Shown here: positions 53,952 to 63,688 of the stretch, piece by piece
Position numbering within the stretch: position 1 is the stretch's first letter
Layout: every line of letters starts with the position of its first letter
DNA from: an uncultured delta proteobacterium
GTDB taxonomy: Bacteria > Myxococcota_A > Polyangia > Palsa-1104
Reading direction: 5' to 3'
Assembly (NCBI GenBank): GCA_963785725.1
Contig: CAWAWS010000030.1
Span: forward strand, 1-64,000
DNA length: 64,000 nt
Notes under the pieces: generated by a model
Databases searched by the model: none
Seen by the model: only the letters and a program-made list of their open reading frames with translations
What the model was told of the DNA's origin: nothing
Translations under genes and position numbers: made by a program

Positions 53952-54896
53952 TTACGGCAGCACCCGTTTACGCAGCGCGCGCCACTGATCGTCGACGACC
54001 ACGACCGCTTTGTGCGCCAGCGTCGTCGCCACGGTCGGCAGCCGATCGGTCATGAGCGCGCGCGCCGCCAGCGACGTCAGCCGCGACGGCGGCGCCGCCA
54101 ACGTCGGCAGGAGACGGCGCGCCAGCCAGCGGGCCCGTCGCGCCGCGAACGGCGCCAGCTCGGCCGCCGGCAGCGATGGCAGCGCCAGCTGCGCCAGCGT
54201 CACCGCCGTGGCGAACGCGCGCTCGACGCCGAACGCCCGCGCCCTTTGCCCGGCGTCGCCAAAGCCGCCCGCGCGCTCGACCAGCAGCGCCAAGTCGACG
54301 AGCCACAGCGGCTGCGCGAAGCAGTGGCTGGCGGCGTGCGCGGCGATGATGGCGAGGTGATCGTCCCACGCCGGCACCAGCCGTCGCCGGCCCAGCGTCT
54401 CGACTTCGATGGCGCGCGCAAACAGCGGCTCGACGTCGGTGTCTTCGCCGAGCTCGTGCAGCCAGCGAAAATGCAGCTCCAAGACTTGGCGGCCGTCGAA
54501 CAGCGCCACGTCGTGCGCGAACGGCGGCGAATGGCGACGATCGGCGGGGAAGATGCGGCGAAAGCCGAGCGGACGCAGCGCCGCTTCCGCCGCCGGCAAG
54601 TCGCGCGCGCGCACCGCCAAGTCGAGGTCGACCATCGGCCGCGCGCCGGCGTCGGCGTAGACGACGTCGGCCAAGAGCGCGCCTTTGAGCGGCAGCATGG
54701 CGACGCCGGCCGCGGCCGCCGCGTCGAGGATGTCGCCCGCCGCCACGAGGCGCGCCGTGTTGTCGCCGAGCGTGCGCAGGTATTCGCGCTTGTCGGCGGC
54801 GTCTTGGTCGCGACGAACGGCCCATCGGAGCGCGCGCAGCTCACGCCGCGCCGACAGCTGCGGCGGCAACGCGTCCAATAACGCGCGCGTCACCAT
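53952..54896 (-). CDS. Nucleotidyltransferase family protein (NTP_transf_5-like)
   Basis: LPLKGALLA..VY....RPMVDLDL; LELH; WLVDL. Confidence 0.85.
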   Translation of the reverse strand: MVTRALLDALPPQLSARRELRALRWAVRRDQDAADKREYLRTLGDNTARLVAAGDILDAAAAAGVAMLPLKGALLADVVYADAGARPMVDLDLAVRARDLPAAEAALRPLGFRRIFPADRRHSPPFAHDVALFDGRQVLELHFRWLHELGEDTDVEPLFARAIEVETLGRRRLVPAWDDHLAIIAAHAASHCFAQPLWLVDLALLVERAGGFGDAGQRARAFGVERAFATAVTLAQLALPSLPAAELAPFAARRARWLARRLLPTLAAPPSRLTSLAARALMTDRLPTVATTLAHKAVVVVDDQWRALRKRVLP

Positions 54897-55046
54897 CGGC
54901 GATGTGCGCGGACGTCGTCAGGCATGACCTCGATCACGCGCCGCGGTGACGATAATTCATGATGCCGATCCAACATTTGCGACGGCAAAAGTGACAACGA
55001 GCGCAGCATACGAAACTTTTTTCGGCGAAAGTCGACAATCTAAGTC

Positions 55047-55871
55047 ATGGAAGCGTTGCACCACGACGTCTCGGGCAGCGGCTCGCCGATGCTGCTCATC
55101 CACGGCACCGGCGCTGACGGCAGCGTTTGGCGTGCCGCGCGAGCGACGTTGGCACGCGGCCATCGCGTCATCAGCTACGATCGTCGCGGCCACGGTCGCT
55201 CGCCGGGACCGGCGCCGTCGGGCGCGGGCGCGCACTTGCAACACGCCGAGGACGGCTTGGCGCTGCTCGATCAGCACGCGCGGCGCGAGCCGGCGGCGCT
55301 GGTCGGCTGGTCGGCGGGCGGCATCATCGCGCTGCAGATGGCGGTCATGCGGCCGGAGCGCGTGCGGGCGCTGGTGCTGGTCGAGCCGCCGCTGTGGGCG
55401 CGCAATCACGGCGACATGCGCATGATGTTGGCGATGTTGCGCGTCTCGTGGCACCGCAAGGCGCGTCCACGGCAGGCGACCGAGGCGTTCTATCGCGCCG
55501 TGTGCCGCTATCACGACGACGGCGGCAACGGCTTCGACGCGCTCACCAACGAGCGGCGCGAGGCCATCTTGGCCAATGCCGACGCCGTCATGGCCGAGCT
55601 CGGCGCCGGCACGGGGGAGTCTTTGACGCCGGAGCTGTTGGCGCGCGTGCAGTGTCCAGTGACACTCTTGCTCGGCGGTCGCTCGGGGCCGATGTTTCGC
55701 CGCGTCGCCCGCGAGCTCGGCCGCGCCTTGCCGCAGCTGCGCACGGCGACCGTCGCCGAAGCCGGCCACCTCATGATGCTGGAAGCGCCGGCCGCCTTCG
55801 CGGCGTGGGTACATGCGGTCGCCGCCGAGCCGCGCCCACATGACGACGCATTTGCGAGCAGCCAAGCGTAA
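55047..55871 (+). CDS. Alpha/beta hydrolase
   Basis: LIHG, YDRRGHGRS, GWSAGG, AGH. Confidence 0.92.
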   Translation: MEALHHDVSGSGSPMLLIHGTGADGSVWRAARATLARGHRVISYDRRGHGRSPGPAPSGAGAHLQHAEDGLALLDQHARREPAALVGWSAGGIIALQMAVMRPERVRALVLVEPPLWARNHGDMRMMLAMLRVSWHRKARPRQATEAFYRAVCRYHDDGGNGFDALTNERREAILANADAVMAELGAGTGESLTPELLARVQCPVTLLLGGRSGPMFRRVARELGRALPQLRTATVAEAGHLMMLEAPAAFAAWVHAVAAEPRPHDDAFASSQA

Positions 55872-55933
55872 GCCGCCTGACGCGCACGGTCACTTCGTTC
55901 TTTCGAGCCTAGAATTTTGCGCTACAGTGAGCC

Positions 55934-56497
55934 GTGCCCGAAGCACAACTGAAGGGCAGCGCCTACTTGTCGACGCTGGCGTACATCGAGACGCACTTCG
56001 GCGGCATCGCCAAGCACAAGGTGCTCGCTCGTTTGACGCCCGAAGACCGGACCATGTACGGCGGCGTGATGCTGCCGATTCGCTGGTATCCGCTCGATCC
56101 GTTTCCGCGGCTGTTGCGCGCGATGGAGCAGGAGCTCGGTCGCGGCGATCTGAAGATCGTCGTCGAGCGCGGCACCTGGACGGCGATTCACGACATGAAG
56201 ACGGTGCATCGCGTGCTCCTCAAGCTGATGACGCCGAGCTGGGTGATCGAGAAGGCGGCCAAGCTCTGGCCCAACTTCCACACGACCGGTCGCTGGGAGG
56301 TCAAGCGCACCGGCGAGCAGAGCGCCAACGCCACGCTGCACGACCTCGGCGTCGTCGACGAAGCGATGTGCGCCACGCTCAAAGGCTGGATCCTCGGCCT
56401 CATGACGCTCGCCGGCACGCAGACGCCGACGGTCAATCACGACGAATGCCGCGCCCGCGGCGCCCGCAGCTGCGTTTACGCCACCACCTGGCGCTGA
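55934..56497 (+). CDS. DUF2378/V4R-like myxobacterial protein
   Basis: LKGS...WYP...GW..G....AG...CRARGARSC.Y...W. Confidence 0.65.
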   Translation: MPEAQLKGSAYLSTLAYIETHFGGIAKHKVLARLTPEDRTMYGGVMLPIRWYPLDPFPRLLRAMEQELGRGDLKIVVERGTWTAIHDMKTVHRVLLKLMTPSWVIEKAAKLWPNFHTTGRWEVKRTGEQSANATLHDLGVVDEAMCATLKGWILGLMTLAGTQTPTVNHDECRARGARSCVYATTWR

Positions 56498-56536
56498 CAC
56501 TGACGCGCTGAGTCCACGCGTGTTATTTTGCGCGCG

Positions 56537-57808
56537 ATGGACGACTCGCAAACTTCCGGCGCGTTCCGCTCGGTCCCGCGCACCGGCGTCATTTACGTCA
56601 CCACCGAAGCCGCCAAGCGCGGCTTCACGCAGGCCGACCCCGAGTGGTGCAACCTCGGTCAAGGCATGCCCGAGACGGGCGAGCTGCCGGGCGCGCCGCC
56701 GCGGATTCGCGAGATCCCCATCGCGCTCGACGACCAGGAGTACGCGCCCGTCGCCGGCACGATGGAGCTGCGCGCCGCCGTCGCCGAGATGTACAACAAG
56801 CTCTACCGCGTCGGCGTCCGCTCGCAGTACACCGCCGAGAACGTCTGCATCTCCGGCGGCGGCCGCACGGCGCTGACGCGCGCCGCCGCCAGCCTCGGCC
56901 ACGTCAACCTGGGCCACTTCCTGCCCGACTACACCGCCTACGAAGAGCTGCTCGACATCTTCAAGGCCTTCACGGCGATCCCGATCCTGCTCGAGGGCGA
57001 GCGCGGCTACGCGTTCTCGGCCGACGATCTGCGGCGCGAAATTCTCGGCCGCGGCCTGTCGGCGATCTTGCTGTCGAACCCGTGCAATCCGACGGGCAAG
57101 CTCGTCGCCGACGACGAGATGCAGCGCTGGGTGGCGACGGCGCGCGAGCTCGACTGCACGCTCCTGCTCGACGAGTTCTACTCGCACTACGTCTATCGCG
57201 GCCGGCCCGACGGCGCCTTGCCGGTGGCGTCGGCGGCGCGCTACGTCGACGACGTCGACAGAGATCCGGTGCTCATCTTCGACGGGCTGACGAAGAACTG
57301 GCGCTATCCCGGCTGGCGCATCTCCTGGGCCGTCGGACCGAAGCCGGTCGTCGAGGCGCTGGCGTCGGCGGGCTCGTTCCTCGACGGTGGCGGCTCGCGT
57401 CCGCTGCAGCGCGCGGCGATCCCGCTGTTGGCCCACGACTACGTCGTGCAGGAGACGCGCGCGATTCAGACGGTGTTCCGCAAGAAGCGCGATCGCGTCG
57501 TCTCGGAGCTGGAGCGGATCGGCGTGCGCTTCGATCGCGTGCCCGACGGCACGTTCTATGCGTGGGGCAACGTCAGCGCGCTGCCGCCGCCGCTCGACGA
57601 CGGCATGGGCTTCTTCCGCGCCGCGCTGGCGCGTAAGGTCATCACCGTTCCCGGCGAGTTCTTCGACGTCAACCCGGGCAAGCGCCGCCGCTCGCAAGGC
57701 TCGCGCTTCAGCCGCCACGTCCGCTTCAGCTTCGGTCCGTCGGCCGACACGGTCGACCGCGCGCTCGCCCGCATCGCCGACTTGGTCGCGCAACCGTCAG
57801 GCAGCTGA
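56537..57808 (+). CDS. PLP-dependent aminotransferase class I/II
   Basis: NLGQG.PE, NPCNPTG, DEFY, GLTKNWRYPGWR. Confidence 0.92.
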   Translation: MDDSQTSGAFRSVPRTGVIYVTTEAAKRGFTQADPEWCNLGQGMPETGELPGAPPRIREIPIALDDQEYAPVAGTMELRAAVAEMYNKLYRVGVRSQYTAENVCISGGGRTALTRAAASLGHVNLGHFLPDYTAYEELLDIFKAFTAIPILLEGERGYAFSADDLRREILGRGLSAILLSNPCNPTGKLVADDEMQRWVATARELDCTLLLDEFYSHYVYRGRPDGALPVASAARYVDDVDRDPVLIFDGLTKNWRYPGWRISWAVGPKPVVEALASAGSFLDGGGSRPLQRAAIPLLAHDYVVQETRAIQTVFRKKRDRVVSELERIGVRFDRVPDGTFYAWGNVSALPPPLDDGMGFFRAALARKVITVPGEFFDVNPGKRRRSQGSRFSRHVRFSFGPSADTVDRALARIADLVAQPSGS

Positions 57809-57844
57809 CGGGCGCTTCGCCTCCACGTCGCTATAATTGAGTGT

Positions 57845-58150
57845 ATGGCGCGTCGTCAGCTCGATGTGATGGCGGGGGTCGAAGAGGAGATTCGCGGTGA
57901 GCGCGCCTCGGCGCTCGGGCACAGCGGGGAGCGGCTGGAGGCGCTGTTGGCCGAGCTGGTGCGACTGCGCGCCGCGGCCGATGCGGCGTCGGCGTCGGAG
58001 CGGCCGGCGCGCGTCGCCGCCTACAACGCCAGCCGCGCGCAGGCCGAGCGGCTCTACGAGCAGCTGTGCATTCAGCGCGAAGCGATGGGCGTGCGCAACC
58101 ACGACATGCTCGCCGCCACCTACCCGGTCCCAAAGCGCCTACGCGAGTAG
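57845..58150 (+). CDS. Small helical hypothetical protein (DUF6665-like)
   Basis: EIRGERASALG...L.IQREAMG.RNH...YPVP. Confidence 0.7.
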   Translation: MARRQLDVMAGVEEEIRGERASALGHSGERLEALLAELVRLRAAADAASASERPARVAAYNASRAQAERLYEQLCIQREAMGVRNHDMLAATYPVPKRLRE

Positions 58151-58165
58151 GGATTCGCGACGGTT

Positions 58166-58711
58166 TTACGGGTCGGGCAGAACGGGAACGTTCTTGCGGA
58201 GCTTCCGCTGCAGGGAACGACGGTGCATGCCGAGGCGACGCGCGGCTTCCGAGATATTGCCCTCGCACGCCGCCATCACGCGGTTGATGTGCACGCGCTC
58301 CGACTGCGCCAACGACGCGTAGGACGGCACCGCGCGCACCACCTGTGGCTTCGACTGCGCGGCGGCGATGAGCGCGTCGACGCCGCAGGGCTTGACGACG
58401 TAATTGTAGGCGCCCGAGCGCATCGCCTCGATCGCCGTGTCCAGCGACGCGTGGCCCGTCATGACGACGATGCACGCGCCCGGCACCTCGGCGCGCATGC
58501 TGGAGATGATCTCCAGCGACGAGCCGTCCTGCAGCAGCAGATCGAGCACGATCAGCTGCGGTCGCACGCGCTTGGCCATGTACAGCGCCCGCGCGCACGA
58601 TTCGGCCGCCGTCACGCGCCATCCGCGCTGCTCGAAGCCCTGCGCGAACAGGTTCACCAACGCCAGGTCATCGTCGACGATCAGTACCGACGCCACCTTC
58701 GCCCCGTCCAT
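58166..58711 (-). CDS. RegA/PrrA/ActR-family response regulator
   Basis: IVDDD, VLDL, VKP; Fis-type HTH GNISEAARRLGMHRRSLQRKL. Confidence 0.9.
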   Translation of the reverse strand: MDGAKVASVLIVDDDLALVNLFAQGFEQRGWRVTAAESCARALYMAKRVRPQLIVLDLLLQDGSSLEIISSMRAEVPGACIVVMTGHASLDTAIEAMRSGAYNYVVKPCGVDALIAAAQSKPQVVRAVPSYASLAQSERVHINRVMAACEGNISEAARRLGMHRRSLQRKLRKNVPVLPDP

Positions 58712-58908
58712 TCCACCCCTCCGCTGCCACCAAGCCCGCAGCCGCTCACTGGTTAGAAGATGCGCGGGCGAAGTACGTTCCCAAACGTATTGCTCGCCGA
58801 CGATAAACTATTGGCGCGCTCGGGTCGAGGCCGGATAGTTAGAAAAGTATTTTGGCAGACATTATTGGCGTGGAGAAAGGTGCGCTAGACGGCGTGAATC
58901 CAGTTACC

Positions 58909-59229
58909 TCAGCCGCCGACGATGACGTCGGCGCTGCCTTCGATGAGCTTGCCGTTGCCGCCGCAATGTTGCGTCGGATCGTTCTGGCGGTGCGCGGCTT
59001 TACCGTTGATGAAGACGGTGCCCGAGCCCTGCTGGGCCTTCCACATGTTGGGACCGCAGCAGACGGCGTGGATGCCGACGTCGTCGACGCGCAGCGCCGG
59101 CCGGCCGTTGACCATGACCGTCGGCGAGCCGGCGATGGCCGGGCCGACGCCGGGATGCGGACAGCCGGGGCAGCCGTGCGCGTCGCTCTGCACTTGTGCT
59201 TTGTCGCCGAGGCGTCCTTGTCCGGCCAT
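58909..59229 (-). CDS. PAAR-domain spike-tip protein (stand-alone)
   Basis: GS.TV.VNGRPALRVDD, GSGTVFINGKAAHRQND, GSADV; His/Cys zinc ligands. Confidence 0.9.
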   Translation of the reverse strand: MAGQGRLGDKAQVQSDAHGCPGCPHPGVGPAIAGSPTVMVNGRPALRVDDVGIHAVCCGPNMWKAQQGSGTVFINGKAAHRQNDPTQHCGGNGKLIEGSADVIVGG

Positions 59230-59304
59230 GACTCTATTATCGGTCATTTCGCGGAAAAAGTTGCGTGGCTTGCGGCCAGCCGCGCCGCGGCATAGCCTCC
59301 CGGC

Positions 59305-60687
59305 ATGCTACCGCCCGACTTTCGCGCCGCCCTGGCGCGCGACTTCGCGCCCGACTTCTGGACCGAAGATGCCGCCGACCTCGCCGAATATGGTCGCGAT
59401 TGGACACGCGTTTTCGCGCCGGCGCCGGCCGCTGTCGCCTTGCCGCGCACGACCGACGAAGTGGCGCGTCTCTTGTCGCTATGCAACGCCGCGCGCGTGG
59501 CGGTGGTGCCGTCGGGCGGTCGCACCGGCCTCGCCGGCGGCGCGGTCGCGGCCAAAGGCGAGCTCGTCCTGTCGCTGTCGCGGATGCGGCGCATGGACGC
59601 CATCGACGAAGCCGGCTCGACGCTGCGCGTGCAGGCGGGCGCGATCACCGCCGCCGTTCATGCGCACGCCGCGACGCTCGGGCTGACCTGGCCGGTCGAC
59701 TTCGCGTCCAAAGGCTCGTCGCAAGTGGGCGGCAACATCGCGACGAACGCCGGCGGCGTGCGCGTCATTCGCTACGGCCTGACGCGGCAGTGGGTGCTCG
59801 GTCTGCAAGTGGTGTTGGCGTCGGGGCAAATTCTGGAGCTGAACGGCGCGCTCGAGAAGAACAACACCGGTCTCGACCTGCGCCAGCTCTTCATCGGCAG
59901 TGAAGGCACGCTCGGCGTCATCACCGAGGCCACGCTGAAGCTGACGCGACTGCCGCGCAAGACCGACGTCATGCTCTTCGCCGTCGCCGATTTGGCGGCG
60001 GTGCTGGCGCTGTTTCGGGTGGCCAAGCAGGCGCCGTTCACGCTGGCCGCGTTCGAGTTCTTCACCGATCGCTGCATGAACCGGCTGCTGCGCCATCGTC
60101 AGCTGCGTCTGCCGTTCGCGCAGCCGTCGACGCACTATGTGCTCGTCGAAGCCGAGGGCGCGGGCGATCTGGAGCCGTGGCTGGGCGAATTGGCGGAAGC
60201 GGGCCTCATCAACGACGGCACGCTGGCGCAATCGGCGCAGCAGGCGGCCGAGCTGTGGGCGCTGCGCGAGGGCATCTCGGAGTCGCTGTCGGCGACGGGC
60301 TTGCCGCACAAGAACGACATCGCGCTGCCGATCGCCGAGCTGGAGGCGTTCTGCGGCGAGCTCGAGGCCGTGTTCGCGCGCGAATATCCGGGCTGGGAGA
60401 TCTGCCTCTTCGGCCACATCGGCGACGGCAACATCCACGTCAACGTCATGAAGCCGGACACGCTCGACGTCGCCGACTTTCGCGCGCGCACGCAAATCGC
60501 CGACAAAGACATGTTCACGCTCGTGCGCAAATATCGCGGCAGCATCAGCGCCGAGCACGGCATCGGCCTCTTGAAAAAGCCGTACCTCGGCTACTCGCGC
60601 AGCGCCGACGAGCTCGGCGTGTTGCGCGCGGTCAAGCAGGCGCTCGATCCGCACGGCATCCTCAATCCCGGCAAAATCTTCGATTAG
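59305..60687 (+). CDS. FAD-linked oxidase, D-2-hydroxyglutarate/D-lactate dehydrogenase-like
   Basis: GGRTGLAGG, GGNIATNAGG, GSEGTLG, GHIGDGNIH, SAEHGIG, LNPGK. Confidence 0.9.
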   Translation: MLPPDFRAALARDFAPDFWTEDAADLAEYGRDWTRVFAPAPAAVALPRTTDEVARLLSLCNAARVAVVPSGGRTGLAGGAVAAKGELVLSLSRMRRMDAIDEAGSTLRVQAGAITAAVHAHAATLGLTWPVDFASKGSSQVGGNIATNAGGVRVIRYGLTRQWVLGLQVVLASGQILELNGALEKNNTGLDLRQLFIGSEGTLGVITEATLKLTRLPRKTDVMLFAVADLAAVLALFRVAKQAPFTLAAFEFFTDRCMNRLLRHRQLRLPFAQPSTHYVLVEAEGAGDLEPWLGELAEAGLINDGTLAQSAQQAAELWALREGISESLSATGLPHKNDIALPIAELEAFCGELEAVFAREYPGWEICLFGHIGDGNIHVNVMKPDTLDVADFRARTQIADKDMFTLVRKYRGSISAEHGIGLLKKPYLGYSRSADELGVLRAVKQALDPHGILNPGKIFD

Positions 60688-61154
60688 CGCCGCTTCGTCG
60701 GGCGCTTGCGCGTCTTTTGAGGCGCGGCTTTCTTCGCGGGCGCAGCTTTCTTCGCGGGCGCGGCTTTCTTCGCGGGCGCGGCTTTCTTTCGGGCGTGCGG
60801 CTGGGTCCTGGTCTTGGGCCCGTCGTCGGGCGGCAGCATCGCCGCGCACTTGTCGGCCAGCGCGATCCAGCCCGCCAGATCGTCGTCGTAATCGACACCG
60901 TCGGGCGCCACGAGGACGTAACCGATGATGGTCGCCCGGCTCTTGAACTGCAGCCGCCGCGTGTGCGGACGCGCCAGCGCCTCCGGCAACAGCGCCAGCC
61001 CGACGCGCACCATCAGGTCCTCTTTGCTGACGCCGACGAAGAGGTGGCCGTCGCGCAGAAACTGCAGACCGCCGAACATGCGCTTTTCGCTGATGCCGCG
61101 TCGCTCGGACAGGAGCTCGCGCACGCGCTCGGCCAAGCCCTCGTCGTAGGCCAT
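60684..61154 (-). CDS. TfoX/Sxy N-terminal-domain protein with Lys/Ala-rich tail
   Basis: MAYDEGLAERVRE...EKRMFGG; tail (KKAAPA)x3-4. Confidence 0.85.
   Translation of the reverse strand: MAYDEGLAERVRELLSERRGISEKRMFGGLQFLRDGHLFVGVSKEDLMVRVGLALLPEALARPHTRRLQFKSRATIIGYVLVAPDGVDYDDDLAGWIALADKCAAMLPPDDGPKTRTQPHARKKAAPAKKAAPAKKAAPAKKAAPQKTRKRPTKRR
60718..60789 (-). repeat. Coding 18-bp tandem repeat (KKAAPA)
   Basis: gctttcttcgcgggcgc(g/a) recurs every 18 nt. Confidence 0.85.
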
Positions 61155-61171
61155 ATTCGATATCTCGCTAA

Positions 61172-62410
61172 CTAATACAGAATTCGCGTTTTGATATTGG
61201 TTTCGAGCGCGGCGATACCGCCGTAAACGTCGTCGGAGACGTCCTTCTCGATATCCATGACCAAGTAGCCGATGTTGGGATCGGTGGCGAGGACTTGGCT
61301 CGAGATGTTGGCGTTGCGATCGGAGACGATCTTGTTGATGTCGCGCAAGACGCCGGGCACGTTGCGGTGCACGTTCAAGATGCGGTGCTTGCCGCGAATC
61401 TCGGGCACGTCGACGATGGGGAAGTTCACCGAGCCGGTCGTCGCGCCGGTGTTGACGAACTTGGTCAGCGCCGTCGCCACTTCGCGACCGATGGCCGCCT
61501 GCGCCTCCGACGTCGAGCCGCCGATGTGCGGCGTCAGGATGACGTTGGGCAGCCCTTGCAGCGCCGTGCGGAAGCCGTCGATGTTCGACTCCGGCTCCTC
61601 GGGATAGACGTCGATGGCCGCGCCCGCCAAGTGGCCCGACGACAGCGCCGCCGCCAGCGCCGGAATGACGACGACCGTGCCGCGGCTGGCGTTCAACAGA
61701 TACGATCCCGGCTTCATCGCCTGCAGCTCTTCGGTGCCGATGAGGTTCTTCGTCTGCGGCGTCTCCGGCACGTGCAGCGACACGAAGTCGGCCTGCCCGA
61801 GCAGCTCCTTCATCGACGGGATCGAGATGTTGTTCCCCATCGGCAGCTTGGCCGCGAGGTCGAAGAAGATGACGCGCATGCCGAGCGCCTCGGCGATGAC
61901 GCCGAGCTGCCGGCCGATGTGACCGTAGCCGACGATGCCGAGCGTCTTGCCGCGCACTTCGTAGCAGTTGGTGGCGACCTTGCGCCACTTGCCTTCGTGC
62001 ACCTCGCGCGAGCGATCGCCGAGCTGCCGCGACAAGGAGATGATCTCGGCGATCATCATTTCCGCGACCGAGCGCGTGTTGGAGAACGGCGCGTTGAAGA
62101 CGGGGACGCCGTGCAGATTGGCCGACGCCAGATCGACCTGGTTCGTGCCGATGCAGAAGCAGCCGAGCGTCAACAGGCGACGCGCGCCGGCGAGCGCCGC
62201 GGCCGGCACCTGCGTCTTCGAGCGAATGCCGAGGATGTGCACGTCGGCGATGCGGCGCGCGAGCTCGTCCGGCGGCAGCGAATGCTTGAGCGCCTCCACT
62301 TTGAAGCCCTCACCGGCGAAGATCTCGTGCGCCGTCGGGCTGACGTTCTCGAGCAGCAGGACTTCGATACGGTTCTTGGGGAACGAGGTCGTCCGATCGG
62401 CTGCAGCCAT
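61172..62410 (-). CDS. serA: D-3-phosphoglycerate dehydrogenase (type II, ACT domain)
   Basis: GIRSKT, CFCIGTNQVDL, GYGHIG, LNASRG, TPHIGGST, HRNVPGVL. Confidence 0.96.
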   Translation of the reverse strand: MAAADRTTSFPKNRIEVLLLENVSPTAHEIFAGEGFKVEALKHSLPPDELARRIADVHILGIRSKTQVPAAALAGARRLLTLGCFCIGTNQVDLASANLHGVPVFNAPFSNTRSVAEMMIAEIISLSRQLGDRSREVHEGKWRKVATNCYEVRGKTLGIVGYGHIGRQLGVIAEALGMRVIFFDLAAKLPMGNNISIPSMKELLGQADFVSLHVPETPQTKNLIGTEELQAMKPGSYLLNASRGTVVVIPALAAALSSGHLAGAAIDVYPEEPESNIDGFRTALQGLPNVILTPHIGGSTSEAQAAIGREVATALTKFVNTGATTGSVNFPIVDVPEIRGKHRILNVHRNVPGVLRDINKIVSDRNANISSQVLATDPNIGYLVMDIEKDVSDDVYGGIAALETNIKTRILY

Positions 62411-62543
62411 GGCGGTATTGGTAATCCGGTTGCTGGTCAAGGACAACTGTCGAGTGGAGACCAGAGCCCCAGATCGATGCCGCGCAAGCAACTGACAAGC
62501 AGCATTGTCAACCACTTGCGCATCGATTGACGCGCCTTCACAT

Positions 62544-62559
62544 CGGCACGGTCCCTGCT
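62544..62559 (+). promoter_or_regulatory. Candidate sigma54 promoter
   Basis: CGGCACG-GTCC-CTGCT, followed by GGAGG RBS and ATG 62585. Confidence 0.55.
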
Positions 62560-62584
62560 TTAGCAAGCGCTCGGAGGGATCGAA

Positions 62585-63616
62585 ATGCGTCGACTTTTAA
62601 CCTATTCGCTGGTGCTGGCGCCGCTCGTCATTTCGGGCTGCTTGCCGGCGGAACAGCATGGCGGCGGCGCGGCGGGCACCGGCTCGTCGAGCGGGGGCGG
62701 CTCGGGCAGCGGCACCGGTGGCAACAACAGCAGCGATCCGTCGAAGTGTGGCGTGCAGAACTTCATGCTGGCGAAGGGCGGGACGCCGGATCTATTGATC
62801 GTGCAGGACATCTCGGGCTCGATGGCGCAGACCGAGAACGACCAGACGGCGAGCGCGGGCACGCCGTCGAAGTGGACCGAGATCAGCGCCGCCATCGAGA
62901 GCGTCGTCGGTCAGATCAGCACCGTCGACTGGGGCCTCATGATGTTCCCGTCGAACGGCGGTAACCAGTGCGCGCCGTCGACGGCCGACGTTCCCGTCGG
63001 CGCGAGCACGGCCAGCGCCATCAGCGCCAAGCTCATGGCCACGACGCCCAACGGCTCGACGCCGACCGCCGACACGATCGACGCCGCCGTCAAATATTTG
63101 CAGGGCGTCACCGACGGCAACGCCAAGTACATCGTGCTCGCCACCGACGGCGAGCCCAACAGCTGCTCGGGCGGCGGTGACGACGCGGCCGGCGCCGAGA
63201 AGGCCATCACGGCCGCGGCCACCGCCGGCATCAGCACCTTCGTCGTCGGCATCGGCACCACCGGCGGCGCGCAGACGACGTTGAACGCGATGGCCGTCGC
63301 CGGCAAGCAGGCGCAGGCGGGCGCGACGAGCTACTACCCGGTCACGAGCCAAGCGGCGCTGGAGACGGTGCTCAAGAACGTCACCGGCCAGATCGTGTCC
63401 TGCAGCTACGCGTTGCAGACGGCGCCGGCCAACCCCGATCTGGTCGACATTCAGGAAGACGGCATGACCATCCCGCGCGATCCGACGCACACCAACGGCT
63501 GGGACTTCGGCCCCGGCGATCTGTCGATCAACTTCTACGGCGCGGCCTGCTCCAACTTGCAGAACGGCAGCGTCAGCAACGTCGGCGCCGTCTACGGCTG
63601 CCCGCCCATCTCGTAG
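62585..63616 (+). CDS. vWA-domain Cys-rich lipoprotein (CglB-like family)
   Basis: Lipobox ISGC; Gly/Ser linker; MIDAS DISGSM, TPT, ATDGEPN; C-terminal GW...G.AC...GC. Confidence 0.88.
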   Translation: MRRLLTYSLVLAPLVISGCLPAEQHGGGAAGTGSSSGGGSGSGTGGNNSSDPSKCGVQNFMLAKGGTPDLLIVQDISGSMAQTENDQTASAGTPSKWTEISAAIESVVGQISTVDWGLMMFPSNGGNQCAPSTADVPVGASTASAISAKLMATTPNGSTPTADTIDAAVKYLQGVTDGNAKYIVLATDGEPNSCSGGGDDAAGAEKAITAAATAGISTFVVGIGTTGGAQTTLNAMAVAGKQAQAGATSYYPVTSQAALETVLKNVTGQIVSCSYALQTAPANPDLVDIQEDGMTIPRDPTHTNGWDFGPGDLSINFYGAACSNLQNGSVSNVGAVYGCPPIS

Positions 63617-63641
63617 TCGCTCCAGCAATTCACGCACGTTC

Positions 63642-63682
63642 GAATCGGCCGGTCGCGAGAGCGACGCGGCCGATTCTCTTTT
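63642..63682 (+). terminator. Intrinsic terminator
   Basis: GAATCGGCC...GGCCGATTC followed by TCTTTT. Confidence 0.7.
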
Positions 63683-63688
63683 GCCGCT

